Part shown: one piece after another, positions 1 through 6,916 of the stretch
Position numbering within the stretch: the stretch's first letter is position 1
Layout of the letters: each line of letters starts with the position of its first letter
Source of the DNA: Bacteriovoracia bacterium
Lineage (GTDB): Bacteria; Bdellovibrionota; Bacteriovoracia; Bacteriovoracales; Bacteriovoracaceae
NCBI GenBank assembly: GCA_046570105.1
Contig: JBKHVI010000065.1
Location: 1 to 13,140, forward strand
DNA length: 13,140 bases
Direction: 5' to 3'
Notes under the pieces: model-generated
What the model saw: the letters and a program-made list of their open reading frames with translations, nothing else
Database searches by the model: none
What the model was told of the DNA's origin: nothing
Position numbers and translations under genes: made by a program

Positions 1-72
1 CTTTTCACGGGCCGTGAACACAGTGCGCAAGTGATGAGAATGAATCAAGAAGGAGGGTGAAAAATGAGTGTG

Positions 73-112
73 AAAAAAAGAAAAAACCCGCAGCTGTTAT
101 AACAACTGCGGG
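73..112 (-). terminator. Intrinsic terminator downstream of icd
   Basis: Stem CCCGCAG(87-93)/CTGCGGG(106-112) with inner TGTT/AACA pairing. A-tracts at 73-86 give a U-tail on the minus strand, 9 nt past the icd stop. Confidence 0.85.
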
Positions 113-121
113 CCAAAAAGA

Positions 122-1351
122 TTAGTTACGGTTCAATTTCTTTTGCAAATTACTATTGATCGCTTCCAGGAAAGCCTCAGTTGTGAGGTAGTGCTCAGCT
201 GCGACCTTGTCTCCATGAATACAAACCGCCAAGTCCTTGGTCATTTTGCCTGACTCAACAGTCTCGACACAAACAGTTTCAAGTGACTCACAGAAGTGAG
301 CGAGCTCTTTATTGTTATCAAGCTTTGCTCTATGAGCAAGACCGCGTGTCCAAGCAAAGATAGAAGCAATCGGGTTGGTTGAAGTAGGTTTGCCTTGTTG
401 GTGCATACGATAATGGCGAGTGACAGTACCATGAGCGGCTTCCGCTTCCATTGTCTTGCCATCTGGTGTCACCAAGACAGAAGTCATAAGACCAAGAGAG
501 CCAAAGCCTTGAGCTACCGTGTCTGATTGAACGTCGCCATCGTAGTTCTTACAGGCCCAAACGAAATTACCATTCCACTTCAAAGCCGATGCAACCATGT
601 CATCGATCAAGCGGTGTTCGTAAACGATGCCCTTGGCTTCGAATTTCTTCTTATAGTCAGCTTGATAGATTTCTTCGAAGACATCTTTGAAGCGACCATC
701 ATACTTCTTCAAGATGGTATTCTTAGTTGAAAGATAAAGCGGCCAGCCTTTCATAAGTGCCATATTAAAGCATGAATGAGCAAAACCTTTGATCGACTCA
801 TCGGTGTTGTACATACAAAGAGCAACACCGTCGCCTTTGAAGTTATACACTTCCCACTCTTGTGTTTTCCCATCTTCGCCAGTGAAGCTCATTTTGAGTT
901 TGCCCTTACCCTTGATCACTGTATCAGTGGCACGGTACTGGTCACCAAAAGCGTGACGGCCGATCATGATTGGCGCTGTCCAGTTAGGAACGAGGCGAGG
1001 AACGTTCTTACAGATGATGGGTTCACGGAAAACAGTACCATCCAAAATATTACGGATAGTGCCGTTAGGTGATTTCCACATTTGCTTGAGTTTAAATTCT
1101 TGTACACGTTGTTCATCAGGAGTGATAGTCGCGCACTTGATGCCGACATTATATTTCTTGATGGCTTCGGCCGCGTCCACAGTCACTTGGTCATCTGTCT
1201 TATCACGGTACTCCATGCCTAAATCGAAATACTTAATATCGATGTCGAGATAAGGGGTGATGAGTTTTTGCTTAATGAATGACCAGATAATACGAGTCAT
1301 TTCATCGCCGTCGAGTTCCACGACAGGATTTTGCACTTTAATTTTTTGCAT
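122..1351 (-). CDS. icd: NADP-dependent isocitrate dehydrogenase (dimeric, eukaryote-like subfamily II)
   Basis: Motifs [49 protein letters not shown] and [17 protein letters not shown] Shine-Dalgarno (SD) at 1362-1358. Confidence 0.98.
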   Translation of the reverse strand: MQKIKVQNPVVELDGDEMTRIIWSFIKQKLITPYLDIDIKYFDLGMEYRDKTDDQVTVDAAEAIKKYNVGIKCATITPDEQRVQEFKLKQMWKSPNGTIRNILDGTVFREPIICKNVPRLVPNWTAPIMIGRHAFGDQYRATDTVIKGKGKLKMSFTGEDGKTQEWEVYNFKGDGVALCMYNTDESIKGFAHSCFNMALMKGWPLYLSTKNTILKKYDGRFKDVFEEIYQADYKKKFEAKGIVYEHRLIDDMVASALKWNGNFVWACKNYDGDVQSDTVAQGFGSLGLMTSVLVTPDGKTMEAEAAHGTVTRHYRMHQQGKPTSTNPIASIFAWTRGLAHRAKLDNNKELAHFCESLETVCVETVESGKMTKDLAVCIHGDKVAAEHYLTTEAFLEAINSNLQKKLNRN

Positions 1352-1437
1352 GGTGTGCTCCTAAATATGAGAGAGAAGTCCCCCTATTTTTAGGTATTAC
1401 CCCCCGTCTGTCGAGGGTTATGCCATGCTGAAAAGCG

Positions 1438-1839
1438 TTATATTGAATGCATAAAGCCAACCGCTTTCATCAGCGGTAGATTCTTCTCTTTCACGATACG
1501 GCACTTATCATATTCCACACCCGTTAGACGGATGCATGACGAGCCATCTTGCAGCACTTTGCAGATGTCATAATTCACACCAGAGAAACGACTACAAGAG
1601 CGAGCGTTTTTATAAGTCTGGCATGTCTCGGCGGCTTCTCCACGTAAGCGATAGCATGAACCTTCGTCTTTATAGACCTTACAGGCATCATAGGATTCGC
1701 CTCTTAAGCGTGAGCAAGATGCGCCTTCTACATAGACTTTGCATTTATCGTAATCCTCACCAGCGAAGGTGTGGCAGCTCAAAGCATGGGCATGAGATAG
1801 CAGAATGAAGTTCATCACAACGAAGAGAATCAGACGCAT
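1438..1839 (-). CDS. Secreted cysteine-rich tandem-repeat protein (133 aa)
   Basis: ATG at 1839 has AAGGA 7 nt upstream and begins a signal peptide MRLILFVVMNFILLSHAHA (AxA site). Five 20-aa repeats with 2 Cys each follow. Confidence 0.85.
   Translation of the reverse strand: MRLILFVVMNFILLSHAHALSCHTFAGEDYDKCKVYVEGASCSRLRGESYDACKVYKDEGSCYRLRGEAAETCQTYKNARSCSRFSGVNYDICKVLQDGSSCIRLTGVEYDKCRIVKEKNLPLMKAVGFMHSI
1483..1782 (-). repeat. 5 x 60-nt (20-aa) degenerate coding repeat
   Basis: LSCHTFAGEDYDKCKVYVEG / ASCSRLRGESYDACKVYKDE / GSCYRLRGEAAETCQTYKNA / RSCSRFSGVNYDICKVLQDG / SSCIRLTGVEYDKCRIVKEK. Confidence 0.92.
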
Positions 1840-1908
1840 GGTTGAATCCTTGGTGGAGGCCAAGGATAAGGGATAAATGGATGGAGAAGTGAGCTTCGAG
1901 TAAATTAT

Positions 1909-2556
1909 TCAGAAGGGCAGATGAAAACCTAATTGGCCCTTATGAAAGAAAGGCTTCTTTCCATGGGTTGTCAGCCATTCAACAAAAGGTGGGGCGGGGG
2001 CCTTCCACATCTGCCACTGGTGGCGCTGTCCGATGTATTCAGTTACCAAGGCCAAGAAGTCTTCCTCGTGGCCATAGCTCAAATGAATAAGCCGCAAAAC
2101 GTCTTCATCTGCGAGATAGAGCTTCACTTTTTTCCCCTGAATTTCAACGGGTGCAATGGCAAAGCTCATACCCTGTGCCATCTCATCGGTGGGGTCGTGG
2201 CGAGGGGCATCGGGTTGGGTGAAATAGGGATGAAGTTTGATATCGCGCGACTCCCAAGCAATGCCCAGTTCGTGACGTTGTAACCAGCGCAAGAAGGCGC
2301 GGCCTTCGCCTAACTCTCTTTCCTCTTGAGCGCCGGAAGCCCGCCAGCCGCGATAGGCGCGGGTGAAGGAGACCTGTTTAGGCATCTTTCTTCTTAATAA
2401 CAGGAGGGCGGTGCGATCACCGGGCTTAGGTTGCCAGTGCTTGCCTTCGGCGTAGATAGAGCTGAATTCAATGACAGGTTTGGGCTGACAGGGCTGCAGA
2501 GGATCAAAGTCCCCGTAGGTATAAGTGGCCCGTCCATAGCGTAGTGTTTGCCTCAT
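1909..2556 (-). CDS. Hypothetical protein (215 aa), divergent from umuDC, C-terminus QLGFHLPF
   Basis: Longest ORF filling the gap, with promoter-like elements upstream. No family recognised and no SD. Confidence 0.72.
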   Translation of the reverse strand: MRQTLRYGRATYTYGDFDPLQPCQPKPVIEFSSIYAEGKHWQPKPGDRTALLLLRRKMPKQVSFTRAYRGWRASGAQEERELGEGRAFLRWLQRHELGIAWESRDIKLHPYFTQPDAPRHDPTDEMAQGMSFAIAPVEIQGKKVKLYLADEDVLRLIHLSYGHEEDFLALVTEYIGQRHQWQMWKAPAPPFVEWLTTHGKKPFFHKGQLGFHLPF

Positions 2557-2597
2557 TGAGGAGTATAACGACCAAGCCGGGGGAAAATTTTAATCAC

Positions 2598-2626
2598 TTG
2601 AATTATACGGAAAAGTTACGGATACT
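2598..2626 (+). promoter_or_regulatory. Putative sigma70 promoter of umuD'C
   Basis: TTGAAT(2598-2603)-N17-GATACT(2621-2626), followed by SD GAGGTG at 2634-2639 and ATG at 2644. Confidence 0.6.
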
Positions 2627-2631
2627 GTCAA
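2602..2631 (-). promoter_or_regulatory. Putative sigma70 promoter of the 215-aa orphan
   Basis: Perfect consensus hexamers TTGACA(2631-2626)-N18-TATAAT(2607-2602) on the minus strand. Confidence 0.7.
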
Positions 2632-2643
2632 GCGAGGTGTAAA

Positions 2644-3000
2644 ATGCGTGTCGCTGGTTTTCCGTCCCCCGCTGATGAATATGGACTCGTCAGCCTTTCT
2701 CTCACCGAACTGATGATTCCCCGTCCGACGAGCACTTTTTTTATCCGCGTAGTGGAGGATCTGGCGCCCAATATTAAGCGCCAAGATATTCTGGTGGTGG
2801 ATCGTTCCTTGAAAATCACCGAAGGCTGTCTAGCCTTGATCGTGAATCAGGGTGAGTTGTGTTTGCGGCGGGCCCAGCACAAGAATAATGAGTGGTGGCT
2901 TGTTTCTTTAACTCAAGGGGCGCCCTTGCGCTTAGGCGATGAGGAAGAAGCGATTTTATGGGGAGTGGTGACCTATGTTATCCATCAAACCCTCAAGTAG
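2644..3000 (+). CDS. umuD: UmuD'-like S24-family accessory subunit, armless and predicted catalytically dead
   Basis: AGFPSPADEY, P-T-S-T-F-F-I-R-V, DILVVDRS and C-terminal WGVVTYVIH align with UmuD. GDSM is replaced by EDLA and the catalytic Lys by Arg. Overlaps umuC. Confidence 0.88.
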   Translation: MRVAGFPSPADEYGLVSLSLTELMIPRPTSTFFIRVVEDLAPNIKRQDILVVDRSLKITEGCLALIVNQGELCLRRAQHKNNEWWLVSLTQGAPLRLGDEEEAILWGVVTYVIHQTLK

Positions 3001-4291
3001 TCGCTGGGCGATTCTTGATTGCAACTCCTTCTATTGCTCTTGCGAGCGCCTCTTTCGTCCGCATTTGCGCCACAAACCGATTGTGGTGCTCTCTAATAAT
3101 GATGGCTGCATGATCAGTGTCAGTCATGAAGCGAAAGCACTGGGTTTGAAGCTCGGCGCTCCCGTCCATGAAGTGCGTGAAATCATCCGCCGTCATCGTG
3201 TGCAGGTGTTCTCTTCTAATTATCAGCTCTACGGGGATCTCTCTCGCCGCGTGATGCGCATCCTCGATGAGCTGCATCCCGATGTTATGCAGTATTCAAT
3301 TGATGAAGCCTTTATCGATTTCTCCCATGTGCCCTTGGGCGAAGAAGAGAGTTGGGCCGATTATGTCTGTCGCAAAGTCACGCGGGACACCGGCATTCCT
3401 GTCACTATTGGCATTGGCCCGTCTAAGACGCTCGCCAAGATTGCCAGTCGCAAGGCCAAAAAAGAAAATCGTCGTGCGCTCGGTTTACTTTCTCTCGAGC
3501 AGATTGATGATTGTTTGGCAGTCACGAGTGTCGAAGATATTTGGGGGATTGGTTACGGCTCGGCTTTGAAGCTTAAAAATATTTATCTGCGAACCGCTAA
3601 GGATTTTCGTGACTACAGTAACACCGCCTTAATTCGCTCTTTATTAACAGTCACAGGCGAGCGCATCCGCGATGAGCTGCGAGGTATTGACTGCATTGAG
3701 CCCGGTGAAATGAGTGAGAAAAAAATGATCACCAGCACGCGCTCCTTTGGAAAGCGCGTTTATGATCGTCGTGAGCTAGAAGAAGCGGTGGCGACCTATG
3801 TGGGCTTTGCTTGTGAAAAACTGCGGGCGCAAAACAGTGTGGCGCGTGGCCTAAGTGTCATGCTGAGAACCAATCCGTTTGATGAGAAGGCCAATTACTA
3901 TCGCAACGATGCTCAAACATTTCTCACCGTCGCCAGTAGCGATACCGGAGTCTTCACAGAAAAAGCTTTAGAGCTGGTACGCGGACTTTATCGCGCGGGG
4001 CTTGCTTATAAAAAGGCAGGGGTGTTTCTCTTTGAGATTACTCCTCGTCATGAGCAGCAACTGGATCTCTTCGCGCCTGAACTGCCTGACCGTCATGGCC
4101 TCATGCAGGCGATGGATGTGATCAATAAAAGATGGGGGCGAGGCACTATTCGCATGGCCGCTACCGGCACCACTGCGGATTGGCGGATGCTTTCAGAGAG
4201 TCGCTCCAACAAAACTCAGCTGGCCTGGAACGATTTAGTTGAAATCAAATCTGAGCGTACTAGAGTCCCTCATTCACGCTCAAGTCATTAA
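2975..4291 (+). CDS. umuC: Y-family DNA polymerase, Pol V catalytic subunit UmuC-like
   Basis: DCNSFYCSCE, VVLSNNDGC, FSSNYQLYGDLSRRVM, YSIDEAF, TKTLAK-like SKTLAKIA, STRSFG, YKKAGV, clamp motif QLDLF (4058-4072) and a DUF4113-like tail. GGAG SD at 2962-2965. Confidence 0.96.
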   Translation: MLSIKPSSSRWAILDCNSFYCSCERLFRPHLRHKPIVVLSNNDGCMISVSHEAKALGLKLGAPVHEVREIIRRHRVQVFSSNYQLYGDLSRRVMRILDELHPDVMQYSIDEAFIDFSHVPLGEEESWADYVCRKVTRDTGIPVTIGIGPSKTLAKIASRKAKKENRRALGLLSLEQIDDCLAVTSVEDIWGIGYGSALKLKNIYLRTAKDFRDYSNTALIRSLLTVTGERIRDELRGIDCIEPGEMSEKKMITSTRSFGKRVYDRRELEEAVATYVGFACEKLRAQNSVARGLSVMLRTNPFDEKANYYRNDAQTFLTVASSDTGVFTEKALELVRGLYRAGLAYKKAGVFLFEITPRHEQQLDLFAPELPDRHGLMQAMDVINKRWGRGTIRMAATGTTADWRMLSESRSNKTQLAWNDLVEIKSERTRVPHSRSSH

Positions 4292-4320
4292 AACTTAAGT
4301 GAGCTTTGGCCTTCGTAAAG

Positions 4321-4390
4321 GTTCACAACTTCCTCGCAAAATTTTCACACTTGGCAATTTTTTGTGAACGGAAGTGCCATTATGTGTGAA
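4321..4390. promoter_or_regulatory. Four-box dyad TTCACA-N16-TTCACA-N13-TGTGAA-N16-TGTGAA, putative operator
   Basis: Hexamers start at 4322, 4344, 4363 and 4385. Inner and outer pairs share one symmetry axis at 4356. Confidence 0.6.
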
Positions 4391-4460
4391 TAAGTACTGG
4401 CGCATAAAGTCGAGTTTGGGCACATTCCGCAACAACGCGGGATTGTATGAAAGAGGATCT

Positions 4461-4967
4461 ATGAAAGTAGTCTGCTTACTAGTGTTCATTGGATGTGTCT
4501 TAAGTAGCGGGGCCTTTGCTCAGCGCCTGACTGCGCGCTCAAGTTGGGAGGCGATTAATAACAGTCGCCACCTCACTGTTATGTCTCCCATGGAACTCAA
4601 CGCGACCGGTGGGATTTTTAATACCTGTATCAATTCAAGTACCAGTACTTTTCATTCTATAAAAGATGTTCGTTATTGCGCTGAAGGCAGCATGGTCAAT
4701 CGTCGCGCGGGCGAGGGAGATACGCGCTGGGAATGGCAGTGTCATATCTATGATGAGGCGCCAGTCAGTATTTCTCGCACTGTTAATAAGCGTGAATGCG
4801 TGAAGCCAGTTAATGATGAGTCAGGCACCTACTGCGCTGAATACGCTCAAGTCACTTATGAAATTCCCGTTGATTTCTTTTTAGATGTCATCGAATCAAA
4901 CTCAGACACTTTTTACCAAGTGGCATTCCGTAAGTCTTACCGACTTCCAGAATGCGAAACGAAATAA
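4461..4967 (+). CDS. Secreted hypothetical protein (168 aa) with 6 Cys in the mature part
   Basis: AGAGGA SD directly upstream of ATG 4461 and signal peptide MKVVCLLVFIGCVLSSGAFA. The ORF-track start at 4374 is a probable over-extension. Confidence 0.82.
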   Translation: MKVVCLLVFIGCVLSSGAFAQRLTARSSWEAINNSRHLTVMSPMELNATGGIFNTCINSSTSTFHSIKDVRYCAEGSMVNRRAGEGDTRWEWQCHIYDEAPVSISRTVNKRECVKPVNDESGTYCAEYAQVTYEIPVDFFLDVIESNSDTFYQVAFRKSYRLPECETK

Positions 4968-4978
4968 GGAAGACTGCT

Positions 4979-5833
4979 GTGGACGCCACGCTCTTCGATT
5001 TTGACAACTACCGAGAGTATCTCACAAAAGTGATGATGCCGAACGGTCCGTATCAACAGAAAGGCTCGAACCTTTCTCGTTGGGCGCGTCGCTTGGGCCA
5101 CAGTTCGCCCAGCTTGTTGTCGATGGTCTTAAAGGGTGATCGCACTCCCAGTGATGAGCTGCTCGAAAAATTAATCCTAGAATTAAAACTTCCTCGCTCA
5201 GAGGCCAACTTCCTACGTTTGAAAGTGAAGCTTGAGCGTCTAGAGCGCAAAGGTAAATCAAGCCTAGAAATTCGCGAAGAAATTGAATCGCTCATTAAGT
5301 CGGTAGGCAAGGTTCGTCGTCAAGTCGTGGGCCTTTCAGCTTTCGAATCAATTGCTCAGTGGTACTGCGTTGTGATTAAGCAGTTAATCGCCACCGGTGA
5401 TTTCATTGAAGACCATGAATGGGTCTGTCGTCGTTTACGCAATAAAGTTCGTCCGCACCAAGTTAAAAAAGCCATCGAGCATCTCCTTGCTCTCGGAACG
5501 ATTCATAGAACGGAAGAAGGTATCTTGGCGGTGACTCATGCCGTGAGCACTCCTTCAGAAATTCCATCTCCTGCGATCGTACAGCACCACTTGGGTATGA
5601 TTGATCGCGCCCGTGAAGCACTTGAGGAGCAGAAGGTTCCCGATCGCTCGTTCATGGGACTCACCATGAGAGCAGATGCGAGTAAAATGACCGACGTTAA
5701 AAAAGATATCGCTGAATTTATTGAAATGATGAATGAGAAGTACGCAGTGGAAGAGTCCTCTCAAGTTTATCAGTTAAACGTACAGTATTTCGAACATACG
5801 ACGGAAACAACCGGTGGGGAGCGTTTACAATGA
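4979..5833 (+). CDS. TIGR02147/DUF4423-family protein with N-terminal XRE-like HTH
   Basis: FDFDNYREYL, LSRWARRLGHSSPSLLSMVLKGDR, QWYCVVIKQL, IVQHHLGMIDRAREAL, VYQLNVQYF. GTG 4979 has TAAGGA 8 nt upstream; an alternative in-frame ATG lies at 4952. Confidence 0.9.
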   Translation: MDATLFDFDNYREYLTKVMMPNGPYQQKGSNLSRWARRLGHSSPSLLSMVLKGDRTPSDELLEKLILELKLPRSEANFLRLKVKLERLERKGKSSLEIREEIESLIKSVGKVRRQVVGLSAFESIAQWYCVVIKQLIATGDFIEDHEWVCRRLRNKVRPHQVKKAIEHLLALGTIHRTEEGILAVTHAVSTPSEIPSPAIVQHHLGMIDRAREALEEQKVPDRSFMGLTMRADASKMTDVKKDIAEFIEMMNEKYAVEESSQVYQLNVQYFEHTTETTGGERLQ

Positions 5834-6885
5834 AACTTTGGACACTTTTACTTTGTGTCGCTAGTTTAACTGCACAAGCGGCGGAGTTTGATAAGACGAT
5901 GTTGGAACAAAATCCCATCTTGTCTTCAACTCCCATTCGCGTAAAGCCGATTAATCCAGCTTGGCGAGTTGAGTTGTGTGAGCAAAAACTTTGTCGTCAA
6001 GAAAGCCTCATTGAAGTCCTTCGTCAGGCAAACGTAGAGCGCAGTGGCGGGGGAGACATCATCGGTAACGGTGGAGGTCTCGCTGAACAGAACTTCGTTT
6101 ATGCTCTTTCACAATTAAGTGAATTTATCGATGAAACAATAACCGCCGGAATTGTTAAGGGCCAAGATATTACCAATCTTGCTCGGATTGGCCGTCATGC
6201 TAAGAAAGAAGGTAATCGTGCTGGCGAATTGATCTTCCTATCAGGTAAAGCTGTTCCAGGATTGTTCGACAGTCCGTATGATCAAGAAGTTCGTTTGGCG
6301 AAAACAGCGCTCTCACCAGATGCACCGATATTGATCAACCTAGATTTGATCTATCAACGCTCTCATGGTGAGCTCGAAATTATGGCCATGCCAGTGATGG
6401 TGGCTAGCCTGGTTCATGAATTGGGCCATCAAATTGGTTTTGAAGATCATTCTTATCTCGACTTCCTCGGAAGCCGCGTACGTCGCTTGCTAGAGCGTGA
6501 ACAAAATCGTGTCGGCCGTATGCTCGGTCACGATGGACGCATTGAAATGACCAGTATCAATCTTGGACCATTATCAATTCCTCGTTTGTTTATGACTTTT
6601 GGAGATATTCTCATGTCGTTTGACGGAGAAATGACTAATGTTCTCAAGTGTAATAATGAGAAATCAATCGTACGTGCTGCTCGCATTGAAAACCAACACT
6701 GGCAACCAGCAGTCAATCTCGACAATCACTGGATTGCTCCGTTCCGTGCTTGGGTTGCCCTTACTTGCCAAGACGAAGAGGGCCGAGTGACTTTTGAAGA
6801 GCGAGACTTGGCACTCGACATGATTGTCGATGTGACTGCGCCTATCGCTGAACTTCGAGTTATTCAGTTTACGCTTTATAACTAA
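5830..6885 (+). CDS. Secreted protein with GGGDIIGNGGG motif and HExxH zinc-metallopeptidase motif
   Basis: Signal peptide MKLWTLLLCVASLTAQA, LVHELGHQIGFEDH at about 6409-6450, and an ATGA overlap with the upstream stop. Confidence 0.82.
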   Translation: MKLWTLLLCVASLTAQAAEFDKTMLEQNPILSSTPIRVKPINPAWRVELCEQKLCRQESLIEVLRQANVERSGGGDIIGNGGGLAEQNFVYALSQLSEFIDETITAGIVKGQDITNLARIGRHAKKEGNRAGELIFLSGKAVPGLFDSPYDQEVRLAKTALSPDAPILINLDLIYQRSHGELEIMAMPVMVASLVHELGHQIGFEDHSYLDFLGSRVRRLLEREQNRVGRMLGHDGRIEMTSINLGPLSIPRLFMTFGDILMSFDGEMTNVLKCNNEKSIVRAARIENQHWQPAVNLDNHWIAPFRAWVALTCQDEEGRVTFEERDLALDMIVDVTAPIAELRVIQFTLYN

Positions 6886-6890
6886 GTCTT

Positions 6891-6916
6891 AGGGCCACTT
6901 TAAGTGGCCTTTTTTT
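6891..6916 (+). terminator. Intrinsic terminator between convergent genes
   Basis: GGCCACTT-T-AAGTGGCC inverted repeat followed by a T7 run, just after the stop at 6885. Confidence 0.88.

Noticed and set aside
241..1253. Short alternative-frame and antisense ORFs inside icd
   Set aside because: Shadows of a highly conserved gene, with no motifs.
1483..1782. 60-nt periodicity as a CRISPR array
   Set aside because: The repeats are degenerate, in frame and conserved at protein level. There are no identical repeats with unique spacers and no cas genes.
2644..3000. umuD as a pseudogene or a LexA/CI repressor
   Set aside because: The frame is open, with a good SD, a conserved C-terminal strand and coupling to umuC. 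There is no DNA-binding domain.
4352..4412. sigma54 promoter candidates (TGGCAA, TGGCGC, and TGGCAC on the minus strand)
   Set aside because: None has the required GC at -12 (GG-N10-GC).
4424..4443. Hairpin ATTCCGC-AACAAC-GCGGGAT as a riboswitch or terminator
   Set aside because: No U-tract and no recognisable aptamer such as the c-di-GMP GEMM motif. It does not cover the SD.
4374..4460. Upstream start for the secreted 6-Cys protein
   Set aside because: The SD and signal peptide both point to ATG 4461, and the extension overlaps the dyad region.
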